This document shows positions 9,736-20,082 of a stretch of DNA of 64,000 nt, in pieces (the stretch's first letter is position 1; each line of letters opens with the position of its first letter). Source of the DNA: Anaerovorax odorimutans (GTDB lineage Bacteria > Bacillota > Clostridia > Peptostreptococcales > JAAYPU01); assembly GCA_016841185.1 (NCBI GenBank), contig JAENZQ010000001.1:95565-159564 (forward strand). The letters run 5' to 3'. The notes under the pieces are model-generated. The model did not search any database, was not told the DNA's origin, and saw only the letters and a program-made list of their open reading frames with translations. A program made the position numbers and the translations under genes.

Positions 9736-11109
9736 ATGAAATTATGGGGTGGAAGGTTTTCAAAAGAGACAGCTTCTTCAGTTGATGAATTCAATGCCTC
9801 TATCGACTTTGACCAGAAACTTTATAAGCAAGATATTCAGGGGAGTATTGCACATGCTAAAATGCTGGCTAAACAAGGAATTTTATCTGCAACAGAGGCA
9901 GAACTTATTATAGAAAACCTGGATGCAATTCACAAGGAAATAGAAGCAGGAAAGGTAGAATTTAAAATTGAATTTGAGGATATCCACATGAATATAGAAA
10001 AGCTCCTCATTGATCGAATCGGAGATACAGGCAAAAAACTGCATACTGCAAGGAGCAGGAATGATCAGGTAGCTGTGGATATTCGTTTATATGTTAAAGA
10101 ATCTATAACCGAAATTACAAATCTCCTTAAGAAGATGCAGAAAACCATCATCTCCATTGCTGAAGGTCATATGGATACCATTCTTCCGGGTTATACACAT
10201 TTGCAGAGAGCTCAGCCGGTTACTTTTGCTTATCACATCATGGCTTATTTTCAGATGTTTTCAAGAGATATCGAAAGATTGGATGACTGTTACAAAAGAA
10301 CGGATTCTCTGCCTTTAGGGTCTGGCGCTTTAGCCGGTACAACTTATAACACGGATCGGGAATTTTTAGCTAAAGAACTTGGTTTTTCAGTTATTTGCAA
10401 TAATGCAATGGACGCTGTAAGCGACAGGGATTTCATTATAGAATTTATCAGCGATGCTTCCACAATTATGATGCATTTAAGCAGGTTTTGTGAAGAATTG
10501 ATTCTCTGGAGTTCATCAGAATTTGACTTTATTGAAATGGACGATGCCTACAGTACCGGCAGCAGCATTATGCCCCAGAAAAAGAACCCCGATTTAGCAG
10601 AACTCATAAGAGGAAAAACCGGAAGGATTTATGGGAATTTAATAAATATTTTGACCATAATGAAGTCCTTGCCGATGGCCTACAATAAGGATATGCAGGA
10701 GGATAAACCGCCATTGTTTGATACGGTTGAAACCCTGAAAAGCTCTTTATACGTTTTTAACGAAATGATACAAACTATGAAAATCAAGAAAGACAATATG
10801 AATCATGCAGCAAAAACAGGTTTCCTGAATGCAACAGACGCTGCAGACTACCTGGTAGAGAAAGGCATCCCTTTTCGGGAATGTCATAGTATTATAGGCA
10901 GGCTTGTCCTTTACTGTGTTGAAAATAATCATTCTATCGAATCACTTTCTTTGGATAAGCTCAAAATGTTCTCAGATAAATTTGAAGATGATATTTTTGA
11001 AAAAATCGATATCAAAAATTGTATAGAATCAAAAAAATCATCCGGCTCCACTTCCAAAAAAAGTGTGACCATCATGATTGAAAATGCAAAAAGAAAGTTA
11101 AATATTTAA
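9736..11109 (+). CDS. argH: Argininosuccinate lyase
   Basis: MKLWGGRF, HTARSRNDQ, GSSIMPQKKNPD. Confidence 0.97.
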   Translation: MKLWGGRFSKETASSVDEFNASIDFDQKLYKQDIQGSIAHAKMLAKQGILSATEAELIIENLDAIHKEIEAGKVEFKIEFEDIHMNIEKLLIDRIGDTGKKLHTARSRNDQVAVDIRLYVKESITEITNLLKKMQKTIISIAEGHMDTILPGYTHLQRAQPVTFAYHIMAYFQMFSRDIERLDDCYKRTDSLPLGSGALAGTTYNTDREFLAKELGFSVICNNAMDAVSDRDFIIEFISDASTIMMHLSRFCEELILWSSSEFDFIEMDDAYSTGSSIMPQKKNPDLAELIRGKTGRIYGNLINILTIMKSLPMAYNKDMQEDKPPLFDTVETLKSSLYVFNEMIQTMKIKKDNMNHAAKTGFLNATDAADYLVEKGIPFRECHSIIGRLVLYCVENNHSIESLSLDKLKMFSDKFEDDIFEKIDIKNCIESKKSSGSTSKKSVTIMIENAKRKLNI

Positions 11110-11127
11110 TATGGAGGAGGAAAATAC

Positions 11128-12141
11128 ATGACAGTCAATCTCCTTGGGCGAAGTTTTCTGACCCTTTTGGATTTTACATCGGAGGAAATACAGTTTTTAA
11201 TTGATACTGCGAAAGAACTGAAGAAAAAAAAGAAAAGCGGCATAAAAGATAATCTACTAAAAGGTAAAAATATTGTATTATTATTTGAAAAAACTTCCAC
11301 ACGAACGCGATGTGCTTTTGAAGTCGGTGCCATGGATGAAGGTGCCGGTGTTACTTTCCTGGGAATGAACGACAGCCAGATAGGTAAAAAAGAATCCTTT
11401 GAGGATACCGCACAGGTATTGGGCCGAATGTACGACGGTATTGAATTCCGTGGTTATAAACAGGAAACTGTTGAAACCCTTGCACAATACTCCGGCGTTC
11501 CTGTGTTTAACGGGCTGACAGATGCCTATCATCCTACCCAAATATTAGCTGATTTTCTGACAATATCGGAACATGTGAAAAAACCTTTTAATGAAATTAA
11601 TTTTGTTTTTGTAGGAGATGCCCGAAATAATATGGGTAATTCTTTAATGATTGGATGTGCCAAAACAGGTGCAAACTTTACCTCTTTGGCACCTGAAGCA
11701 TTATTTCCTGATCCGGTTCTGGTGAAAAATGTACAGGATATTGCCAAAAAAACAGGTTCTACCATTCGGTTTACTGAAAATGTAACAAAAGCCGTAAAAG
11801 ATGCCGATGTTATTTATACAGATGCTTGGGTCTCCATGGGGGAAGAGCATTTAGTAGAAGAAAGAGTCCGGCTTCTCTCTCCTTATAAAGTCACCATGGA
11901 TATGCTCAGCAAAACTGAAAACCCCAACGTTATTTTTATGCATTGTCTTCCGGCATTCCATAATCATGAAACAAGCTTTGTTCAAGAAATATTAAAAGAG
12001 CATAACCTGGATATTTGCGAGGTAGAAGATGAAGTATTCAGGAGCAAACATTCCGTAGTTTTTGACGAAGCAGAAAATCGTCTGCACACCATCAAAGCCA
12101 TTATGGTGGCTCTGCTTTCGGAAAAATTCTACAAAACATGA
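11128..12141 (+). CDS. argF: Ornithine carbamoyltransferase
   Basis: FEKTSTRTR, HPTQ, WVSMG, FMHCLP. Confidence 0.95.
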   Translation: MTVNLLGRSFLTLLDFTSEEIQFLIDTAKELKKKKKSGIKDNLLKGKNIVLLFEKTSTRTRCAFEVGAMDEGAGVTFLGMNDSQIGKKESFEDTAQVLGRMYDGIEFRGYKQETVETLAQYSGVPVFNGLTDAYHPTQILADFLTISEHVKKPFNEINFVFVGDARNNMGNSLMIGCAKTGANFTSLAPEALFPDPVLVKNVQDIAKKTGSTIRFTENVTKAVKDADVIYTDAWVSMGEEHLVEERVRLLSPYKVTMDMLSKTENPNVIFMHCLPAFHNHETSFVQEILKEHNLDICEVEDEVFRSKHSVVFDEAENRLHTIKAIMVALLSEKFYKT

Positions 12142-12170
12142 TATTTATGCATATCGATAGAATTTAAAGA

Positions 12171-12208
12171 AAGATTTTGCAAAATTTTCATTGCAAAATC
12201 TTCTTTCT
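12171..12208 (+). terminator. Probable terminator hairpin after argF
   Basis: AAGATTTTGCAA...TTGCAAAATCTT inverted repeat followed by a pyrimidine run. Confidence 0.55.
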
Positions 12209-12295
12209 TATCCGGATAATTCATTTTATTTTTCATATCTCATCTTTTAGACCTGAAACCTATTCTCTGTCTCCTGTTTCTTGTTGCCTGTTAGA

Positions 12296-13015
12296 TCACC
12301 GCATCGCGGTCAGCCTGAGAAATAATTCGAGCCGGGAATGTAGTATATTTGACAGGAGTTCATAAAATTCCGTTGTCTCCTGTTTTGCTACATATTTTGA
12401 AACCAACTGGTGATATGTTTTATTAGGCATTCTGAAGTCTATAGGAGGAAACCCTCCTCTTAATAACTCATAATTCAATAAAGCTCTGGCAGTCTTTTCA
12501 TTATCCGTTTCATATGGATATATCTCAATCAATTTGTTATGTAACAATATGCCACGCAGAATACAATTCATATCCTGTGCTTTCGAATAATACCAAGTAA
12601 ATAATTTTTCCATCAAAATTGAAATTTCTTTAAAATGGGCAGGAATATGATGAATGCTCTGAACGACCGGATTATTCTGTCTGAAGCCGGATGAATGATC
12701 TGCTGACAGAAATGAATGGATCCTGTCCGCTTCTTTTTCAAAAAGATTGTTCTTTTCTCCTGCCATTTTCTCTATGAATCCTATTGCCTCTTCGTGGCTT
12801 CTTACCGTCATATGATCTTCTATTGTTTTATCCATGATACACCGGCCCTTCAGGATCATTAATGTTTCATCAAGGCTTAAATTGCATCCGTCCAGTTTAT
12901 TAGATGAATATATCCATTCGGACAGCCATATTTCCCTGAGATAAGCCGCCGTTTCCGGTGCATAAGGCTTTCTGTTTTCAAGTATGTACTTCTTCTTATT
13001 GATTTCCCTTATCAC
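12296..13015 (-). CDS. Fic-family protein with degenerate active site
   Basis: WIYSSNKLDG...LSLDET; IYPYETDNEKTAR in place of HPFxDGNGRxxR. Confidence 0.75.
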   Translation of the reverse strand: MIREINKKKYILENRKPYAPETAAYLREIWLSEWIYSSNKLDGCNLSLDETLMILKGRCIMDKTIEDHMTVRSHEEAIGFIEKMAGEKNNLFEKEADRIHSFLSADHSSGFRQNNPVVQSIHHIPAHFKEISILMEKLFTWYYSKAQDMNCILRGILLHNKLIEIYPYETDNEKTARALLNYELLRGGFPPIDFRMPNKTYHQLVSKYVAKQETTEFYELLSNILHSRLELFLRLTAMR

Positions 13016-13058
13016 TTTAATTCACCTGCTTTAACTGTATGGTACTTATACCATATAT

Positions 13059-13093
13059 AAAACAGATGGGAACAAGTCATCATTCCCATCTGT
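13059..13093 (-). terminator. Terminator after lipoprotein gene
   Basis: ACAGATGGGAA/TTCCCATCTGT stem with a T-run on the minus strand. Confidence 0.6.
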
Positions 13094-13107
13094 CAGTCAT
13101 CCTCTGT

Positions 13108-13980
13108 TTAATTCATAAAGGGCAGTTCTTCGGCGTCCATTGCTTCCTGTGGGATTTCAAAATCCTCGACTCCATTTTGATTATAGACTTCCATGGTCAT
13201 TTCCATCTTGATATCTTTATAGATGTCCGAAAGTTCAGGTAGCGCATCATCTTGATCCGCCATGGCTTCACCAATTTTCTGCATAGCTTCGCTTAGATCC
13301 ATATAATATTTTACAATCTCCATGCTTGTTTTATCCACCCAAACTGTATATGTCAGATCTCCTGCATCGGATAGGGACTCCATAATTCCTGACCCTAAAA
13401 TGCCGCCTACATCCATTGAAGAATTCTTTTCAAGGAACTCCTTATACATGTCAAATGATACAGTTAAATCTATTTTGACGGCATCTCTTTCTTTGATAAC
13501 CTCCTCACCAACAACTTCGGCACTTTTTAGGTATTCCATAAACAGCGAAATATTTTCCATCGGATCCATTGACATCATTTCAACAAGAGAAGGATCGCTG
13601 ATACTCATCTTATACCATTTACCTTCTATGTTCTGATAGATTGTGAATCCATCCTCTTCCTGTATCATATACTGTTCCATGGTTTGAGGCTGTTCCATTT
13701 CAGGCATTTCCATGTCAAGGGTCATATGCATTTTCATCGGATCCATGATAACAGCCCCTGATCCTGTCATATTCATTTCCATAAGCCCTTCTTCCGGAAC
13801 ATCCATCTTCATATGTGTTGAGATATCCATTTCATAACTTTTCCATTCTGCGGATTTTGTTATAGATTCCTGTAATATTTCCTTTGCAGATTTATCAGCA
13901 GTTAAATCTTTATCACCACATGCAGCCATACTCATTATTAACACCATGACCAGTGTTATTGAGACAAAAAATCGTTTCAT
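13108..13980 (-). CDS. Lipoprotein, LppX/LolA-like (DUF6612-type)
   Basis: MKRFF...MAAC lipobox; acidic, Met-rich beta-rich body; AGGAGG RBS. Confidence 0.7.
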   Translation of the reverse strand: MKRFFVSITLVMVLIMSMAACGDKDLTADKSAKEILQESITKSAEWKSYEMDISTHMKMDVPEEGLMEMNMTGSGAVIMDPMKMHMTLDMEMPEMEQPQTMEQYMIQEEDGFTIYQNIEGKWYKMSISDPSLVEMMSMDPMENISLFMEYLKSAEVVGEEVIKERDAVKIDLTVSFDMYKEFLEKNSSMDVGGILGSGIMESLSDAGDLTYTVWVDKTSMEIVKYYMDLSEAMQKIGEAMADQDDALPELSDIYKDIKMEMTMEVYNQNGVEDFEIPQEAMDAEELPFMN

Positions 13981-14259
13981 TCTCTTCCTCCTAAATAATT
14001 GATTCATTATTAATATAACATATTTTAAAAGCATATGGAATCTGATAATTTTTACATATTTTTCTCCTTCCTCTTTTCTCCATCCTAATAAATTTTAAAA
14101 CATCATAAATTCGTATTTTAAATTAGTGTATATATTAATTATATACACTATAAACAGTTCAGTCAATACATGCACCGATAGGAAATATTATATTTAAAAT
14201 GTATAATTTTCCTTAAATGAAGTAATATAGTGTTAAGTTGTAATCCCGGGAGGTGATTT

Positions 14260-14712
14260 ATTATATTCGGATTTAATTTATCATACCCACATATATGGAT
14301 TGCTTTAGCAGTTATTTTTGCAGCTATAGAAGCCTTTACTTTAGGTCTTACAACCATCTGGTTTGCAGCAGGCGCTTTAATAGCTATGCTTACCGCTTTA
14401 ATGGGTCTGTCTATAACCTCTCAGATTTTTGTTTTTTTGGTTTCATCTTTATTCTTAATCTATTTTACAAGACCTTTTGCCGTGAATTTTCTAAAAGTAG
14501 GAAAAGAAAAAACAAATTCTCAGTCTCTTATAGGAAATGTCGGTTTGGTCATTGAGGAAATAAGGCCGTTTGAAACCGGACTCGTCAAGATTTCCGGACA
14601 AATATGGACTGCCAGATCTCCGAATAAAGAAGTGATTAAGAGAAAAGAAAAAGTACGGGTAATAGCCATTGAAGGAGTTAAGCTTATTGTTGAAAAACTA
14701 AAAAAAGAATAA
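14260..14712 (+). CDS. NfeD-like membrane protein (C-terminal OB fold), probable non-canonical ATT/ATA start
   Basis: Frame extends upstream of the track start (IWIALAVIFAAIEAFTLGLTTIWFAAGA); GQIWTA and IEGVKLIV motifs; paired with SPFH gene. Confidence 0.8.
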   Translation: MIFGFNLSYPHIWIALAVIFAAIEAFTLGLTTIWFAAGALIAMLTALMGLSITSQIFVFLVSSLFLIYFTRPFAVNFLKVGKEKTNSQSLIGNVGLVIEEIRPFETGLVKISGQIWTARSPNKEVIKRKEKVRVIAIEGVKLIVEKLKKE

Positions 14713-14738
14713 ATAAAAAAGAAAGGATAAAAAATAAA

Positions 14739-15635
14739 ATGAACAATATCGTTTCTATCCTTATTTTGCTTTTAATCATATTGATTGTCACCAGTATCAG
14801 AATCGTTCCCCAGGCAAACGCTTATGTTGTTGAAAGATTAGGCACTTTCAGGGAAACATGGGATGTGGGGCTGCATTTTAAAATTCCGCTCATCGATAAA
14901 ATCGCAAGTAAAGTGTCTTTAAAAGAAAGAGTAATCGATTTTGACCCCCAGCCGGTAATTACAAAAGATAATGTAACCATGCAGATCGATACCGTTGTAT
15001 ATTATCAAATTACTGATCCGAAACTGTATGCATATGGTGTCGAAAACCCTCTTTCAGCCATTGAAAATTTAACCGCAACAACGCTGAGAAATATTATCGG
15101 TGATCTTGAACTGGATGAAACCTTAACCAGCAGAGATGTTATAAATACTAAAATGCGCAGCATACTTGATGAAGCCACCGATAAATGGGGTATTAAAGTC
15201 AATCGTGTGGAAGTGAAAAATATCCTTCCCCCTGAAGATATCCAGGAAGCAATGGAAAAGCAAATGCGTGCCGAAAGGGAAAGAAGAGAATCCATCTTAC
15301 GGGCTGAAGGAGAAAAAAGAGCTGCCATTCTTATTGCGGAAGGCAAAAAAGAGGCTGTTATTCTTGAGGCTGAAGCCCAGAAGGAATCCGCCGTTAAAGA
15401 AGCGGAAGGCCAAGCAGAAGCAATACTGAAAGTGCAGCAGGCAACTGCAGAAGGCTTGAAGATGCTTAAAGGGGCCGCTCCGGATGAAGCCGTTATTTCG
15501 CTGAAAAGCTTGGAAGCTTTCGCTAAAATTGCCGACGGGAAAGCCACTAAAATCATTATCCCTTCGGAAATACAGGGGCTCGCAGGCTTAGCCACTTCCA
15601 TATCGGAAATACTCAAGAGAAACGTGGAAGTGTAA
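14739..15635 (+). CDS. SPFH/stomatin-like (band 7) protein
   Basis: VVERLG, QPVITKDNV, TTLRNIIG, AMEKQMRAERERR. Confidence 0.93.
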   Translation: MNNIVSILILLLIILIVTSIRIVPQANAYVVERLGTFRETWDVGLHFKIPLIDKIASKVSLKERVIDFDPQPVITKDNVTMQIDTVVYYQITDPKLYAYGVENPLSAIENLTATTLRNIIGDLELDETLTSRDVINTKMRSILDEATDKWGIKVNRVEVKNILPPEDIQEAMEKQMRAERERRESILRAEGEKRAAILIAEGKKEAVILEAEAQKESAVKEAEGQAEAILKVQQATAEGLKMLKGAAPDEAVISLKSLEAFAKIADGKATKIIIPSEIQGLAGLATSISEILKRNVEV

Positions 15636-15665
15636 GTATAAGTATAAGTAAAAGTATAAGTATAA
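15633..15665. repeat. Hexamer tandem repeat (AAGTAT)n
   Basis: TAAGTATAAGTATAAGTAAAAGTATAAGTATAA between convergent genes. Confidence 0.75.
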
Positions 15666-15698
15666 ATCAGTATATAGTTTATATGTATTGATTTATAC

Positions 15699-16295
15699 CT
15701 ATTTATCATTATCTTCTTCCTGCAGCAAAGATTGATAAATTTTTCTGAATTTACTTTCTTCTTCATGCATCTTCATGTCTCCATAAGCTTTGGACATTAA
15801 TAGATAGGGAACCGGGTCCAATGGTTTCTCGGAAATAATCTTTCTTAGAATTTGAATGGCCTCTGTTAAATGTAAATTATTAATGCAATCCTCCACATGC
15901 TTCATTAATTTTTCTGATTTCATCTTCTCATTCCGCTCTTTTTCCTGAACCTCTTGTAATACGGAACGAACTCTTTCCGCAGTGAAGGGTTTCTGCATAT
16001 ATGCAACTGCCCCCATTTGGGTACACTCAACAGCGTTTTTAATAGAAGGATAAGCTGTAATTACTATAACAGAGGTTTCCACTCCCATATTTCTAATTTG
16101 CCTTAAAACCTCAGTACCGCTAAAATTTGGCATCTTAATATCCAAAAAAATTATGTCGAATTTCTCATTTCTACACAATTCAATAGCTTCATAGCCGTTA
16201 ACGGTACACCTAACTTCATATCCCTCTTTTTCAAGGCATTTTGACAATAAAGTACGGATATTTTTCGTGTCATCAACTACAAGAACCTTGCTCAA
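15699..16295 (-). CDS. Response regulator: receiver plus short helical (TPR-like) C-terminus
   Basis: VVDD, LDIKMP, ITAY, KPF; no HTH output seen; overlaps the kinase stop codon. Confidence 0.85.
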   Translation of the reverse strand: MSKVLVVDDTKNIRTLLSKCLEKEGYEVRCTVNGYEAIELCRNEKFDIIFLDIKMPNFSGTEVLRQIRNMGVETSVIVITAYPSIKNAVECTQMGAVAYMQKPFTAERVRSVLQEVQEKERNEKMKSEKLMKHVEDCINNLHLTEAIQILRKIISEKPLDPVPYLLMSKAYGDMKMHEEESKFRKIYQSLLQEEDNDK

Positions 16296-18136
16296 TTTAA
16301 CGCCTCCTTTGGATACAATGGAAGTGCAATAGTAAAAGTGCTTCCTGAATCGAGCTTACTCTCGCACCATACCTCTCCTTTATGAGCCTTGATGATTTCT
16401 TTTACAACAGACAGCCCTAATCCTATTCCTTTGATTTCAATACCTTGTCCTTTTATTTGAACAAATCTGTCGAATATTTCTTCAACATATTCTTCAGGAA
16501 TACCAGGTCCGCTGTCTTTTACAGATATAAGCATTCTTTCATTTTTTGCTGTAACCGTTACTACAATCGAATCCCCTTCATCCGTATATTTCAAAGAATT
16601 CGCTATAAGATTATTGATTGCCCAAATTATCTTATCCGCATCTCCAAACATTAAAGGCAATCCTTCATCTATTTCTTTCTCAAGGAGCACACCTTTTCTT
16701 ACAGCATATTCTCCAAACTGATTAACAGAGGACTCAATAGCCTTATAAATCGAGTAAAAATTCTTCTTGAACACGGCTTTCCCGGATTCAAGTCTCGATA
16801 ATTCAAGTAATTCATTAACCAATTGATCTAAATGCTCAGCGTCTTCTTTTATAGTATCTACAATATCCCTTTCATCTTTACCAATTATGCCTTCATTTGT
16901 TTCCGAAAGAATACTTACGCCCATTAGAATAGAGGTAAGAGGTGTTCTAAGTTCATGTGATATGTTCGCCACAAAATCGGTCTTAACTTTCTCCAATTCT
17001 TTTAATTCGCTTATATTCTGCATCAATACAATAATATTTGAAATGCTGCTATCTGATTTTTTTACAACCGTTACAATAACATTAAAATAAAATTCCCTGT
17101 CCTTATTAAAACAGATGATCTTTTCTCTCTGATCCTCTCCGCTTCCTACGACATATGAAATATGGTCAAATACCTCCCCGCTCCCAACGGCTTCAAGAAT
17201 GTGCTTGTTTATATATTTCTCTTCTTTAATATTAAAAAAGTTTTCACAGGCATCGTTGATCAATGTGATTCGATAGTTTACGTCTAAAACCAATAACGGA
17301 TCCGCAATGCTTTTTACAATCGCCAGAGATTTATTTTTCTCGGTCATCAGGACTCCGATCCGGCTTTGCTCGAATTGATATAACCGCTGTAACATATTGT
17401 TAAATTCCTTTGCAAGTTCTTCTACTTCATCCCCTGTATTGATTTCAATATACTGATTCAATTCACCGGATTTAACTTTGCGAATACCGTCAGATAACTG
17501 CTTAACAGGTGCAAGAAATCGATATACAAAAAATCTTGAAGCAGCAAATCCGCCTAATACAGATATAAATGAAAGAATTAGAATAGAATACATAGATTCT
17601 CGTGAACTGTCAGAGGTTCTTTCATTATTTTTATACATTGCTTCCTCATTGATCGTAAACAATGCATTCAGAGTTTCTTTAATATTATCAAATACAGTTA
17701 TTATTTCTTCGTTATAATATTTTTTTGCTTCTTCCAATCCGCTGTAACTTTTAATTTCCTGTAGTGTCAGGAACAACTTTGTATAAGACTGATATTGCAG
17801 TGCCAGATCCTCCACCAGTTCCGCTTCAGAAACTTCTGTGATGTTGTTTTTTTCAACAGTAAACCATTGCATGAACATCTGATTATTTTCTGTAAATAAA
17901 TCTATTCCTTTTTCTTTATCGATATTCAAATACATCAGAACAGCGCTATCTTGTCGCTCTATTGTTTCCATCATATGAGAAATCGCTTTTATACTCTTAT
18001 AGTTGTCAGACATAAGCCCATCCACTGACTTTTCGAGTCTTAGAAGGTTAAAAGTTGAAGCTAACCCAATAACCGCTATAAGACCTACAAGACCTATATA
18101 AACAATTGATATTCTACTGATTAATGATTTAAACAT
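16292..18136 (-). CDS. Membrane sensor histidine kinase (four-helix sensor, HAMP, PAS, HisKA, HATPase)
   Basis: Two TM segments; GDEVEELAKEFNNM (HAMP); SHELRTPL; NLIANSLKY; DSGPGI; GLGL. Confidence 0.92.
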   Translation of the reverse strand: MFKSLISRISIVYIGLVGLIAVIGLASTFNLLRLEKSVDGLMSDNYKSIKAISHMMETIERQDSAVLMYLNIDKEKGIDLFTENNQMFMQWFTVEKNNITEVSEAELVEDLALQYQSYTKLFLTLQEIKSYSGLEEAKKYYNEEIITVFDNIKETLNALFTINEEAMYKNNERTSDSSRESMYSILILSFISVLGGFAASRFFVYRFLAPVKQLSDGIRKVKSGELNQYIEINTGDEVEELAKEFNNMLQRLYQFEQSRIGVLMTEKNKSLAIVKSIADPLLVLDVNYRITLINDACENFFNIKEEKYINKHILEAVGSGEVFDHISYVVGSGEDQREKIICFNKDREFYFNVIVTVVKKSDSSISNIIVLMQNISELKELEKVKTDFVANISHELRTPLTSILMGVSILSETNEGIIGKDERDIVDTIKEDAEHLDQLVNELLELSRLESGKAVFKKNFYSIYKAIESSVNQFGEYAVRKGVLLEKEIDEGLPLMFGDADKIIWAINNLIANSLKYTDEGDSIVVTVTAKNERMLISVKDSGPGIPEEYVEEIFDRFVQIKGQGIEIKGIGLGLSVVKEIIKAHKGEVWCESKLDSGSTFTIALPLYPKEALN

Positions 18137-18386
18137 TTTTATCCCTCATTATGCAAAATGCTATTATCCATTTATATCTTAACGGAACATTTTTTAACAA
18201 ATTCATTGCAGCAGACAGTAAATCGAAATAAATAGGCAAAAAAGTACGTATTCATGAGAATACTAAATATAACTCATCATAACATGTATGGCAGTTTTCT
18301 TAAATCTTTATCTGAAAGCTTTTGATTGCAACCTTAAAGAACTATAATGTTTACAAAACCACAGCAGCTTTGAGGAGGCAATTATT

Positions 18387-19841
18387 ATGAATTTGAATTA
18401 TAGAATTATTATAAAGGTCAATGGGATTATATTAATTATCTTAGGAATTAGTATGATTCCCTCTTTTATTGTATCACTTATTTACGAAGAACAATCATAC
18501 TTATCTATTATTTTTGCTTCTTTGATTTCTCTGGTTTTTGGATTCATACTCAGACAAATTGATGTGAAATCAGATAAATTTTCTTACAGTGAAGGTATAG
18601 GTATTGTTGCTATAGGCTGGTTTCTTTCATCTGTTATTGGGGCGCTTCCATTTATTTTTTCAGGATATATCATAAATCCTATTGATGCTTTTTTTGAAAC
18701 GGTTTCAGGTTTTACAACTACAGGTGCCTCTATTCTTACAGATATTGAAGCACTTCCTAAAGGTATACTATTCTGGAGATCTTTCACGCATTGGTTAGGC
18801 GGCGTCGGGATACTTGTCTTTGCCGTGGCTTTATTACCATCAATAGGTGTCGGAAGTATTCAGATCATTAAGGCGGAAAGCTCCGGTCCTAAAGTAGATA
18901 AAATTACACATAAAATATCAGATAATGCAAAGATTTTATATATCATTTATACCATAATGACCTTTGCAGAAATCATACTGCTCCTTTTTGGCGGTTTAAA
19001 CTTTTATGATGCTTTTGTTCATACCTTTGCAACAGTCGGAACAGGAGGTTTTTCTGTATACAATCAAAGTATTGCCCATTTTGACAGTACTTATATCGAT
19101 TTAGTAATTTCATTTTTCATGTTTCTTTCCGGATCTAATTTTGCATTATACTTTTCATTATACAAAGGAAAGTGGCGGTCTGTTGTTAAGGATGATGAAT
19201 ACAGGTTCTATTTTGTAATGGTTTTTGCATCCACAACCATCATTGCCTTAAACTTATTATCAAATGGCGCTTATGAAAGTATCGGTACGGCTTTAAGGTA
19301 TTCTTTCTTCCAAGTGTGTTCCATAACAACAGAAACAGGCTTTGCCACAGCCAACTTTGACCAATGGCCGGTTTTAAGTAAATTAATTTTATTTATCCTG
19401 ATATTCATTGGTGGATGTACAGGCTCCACCAGCGGAGGCATTAAGAGCCTCAGAATAGTTGTCGCATTACGTATTATTAAAAGAGAATTTACAAAAAAAC
19501 TTCATCCGCGTGCTATGATACCTATTAGAATAAATAACAGGCCTATTTCAACTGATAGTGTTTCGGATATCTTAAGCTTTATCGTTCTTTATTTAACAAC
19601 TTTTATCGTTGGTACTTTCTTATTAGCTTTTGATGATATAAGTTTGATGACGGCTGCCAGTTCAGTAGCAGCCTGTATTGGAAATACAGGCCCTGGATTT
19701 GATGTTGTCGGGCCGGCAGGAAATTACAGCAGTTTAAGCAACTTTTCAACTGCAGTTTTATCTGTTATTATGCTTATCGGGCGGCTTGAGTTGTACTCAG
19801 TATATATATTATTTATTCCTGCATTCTGGAAACAGGACTAA
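18387..19841 (+). CDS. trkH: TrkH-family potassium uptake membrane protein
   Basis: SGFTTTGAS, TVGTGGFS, GSTSGGIK, GNTGPG, GRLE. Confidence 0.92.
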   Translation: MNLNYRIIIKVNGIILIILGISMIPSFIVSLIYEEQSYLSIIFASLISLVFGFILRQIDVKSDKFSYSEGIGIVAIGWFLSSVIGALPFIFSGYIINPIDAFFETVSGFTTTGASILTDIEALPKGILFWRSFTHWLGGVGILVFAVALLPSIGVGSIQIIKAESSGPKVDKITHKISDNAKILYIIYTIMTFAEIILLLFGGLNFYDAFVHTFATVGTGGFSVYNQSIAHFDSTYIDLVISFFMFLSGSNFALYFSLYKGKWRSVVKDDEYRFYFVMVFASTTIIALNLLSNGAYESIGTALRYSFFQVCSITTETGFATANFDQWPVLSKLILFILIFIGGCTGSTSGGIKSLRIVVALRIIKREFTKKLHPRAMIPIRINNRPISTDSVSDILSFIVLYLTTFIVGTFLLAFDDISLMTAASSVAACIGNTGPGFDVVGPAGNYSSLSNFSTAVLSVIMLIGRLELYSVYILFIPAFWKQD

Positions 19842-19854
19842 AGTCAATTTTTTA

Positions 19855-20082
19855 ATAGGTTAGATTTGCAGTCTGAAACCTGAAGTCCAGAATCCTGAGT
19901 TGTTATAGTATAAGTGAAAGAGAGGTTGGAGGTTAGGTCAAGCACAGATAATAGGTAGCAGTTTGTGTATAAGTTTAAGTAAAAGTGGAAATGTAAGTTT
20001 AAATTTAAATTTAGGTTTAAGTTTTAAATAATGTTTTGGAACAAAATCATTCTTAAATCATAAATCTTCAATCTTAAATCTT
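19855..20082. repeat. Degenerate hexamer/heptamer tandem arrays
   Basis: GTTTAA-type hexamers at about 19960-20026; AAATCTT-type heptamers at about 20048-20082. Confidence 0.6.

Noticed and set aside
15005-15766. 253-aa minus-strand ORF containing YTYTFTYTYTY
   Set aside because: Antisense shadow of the SPFH gene; the YT run is just the AAGTAT repeat.
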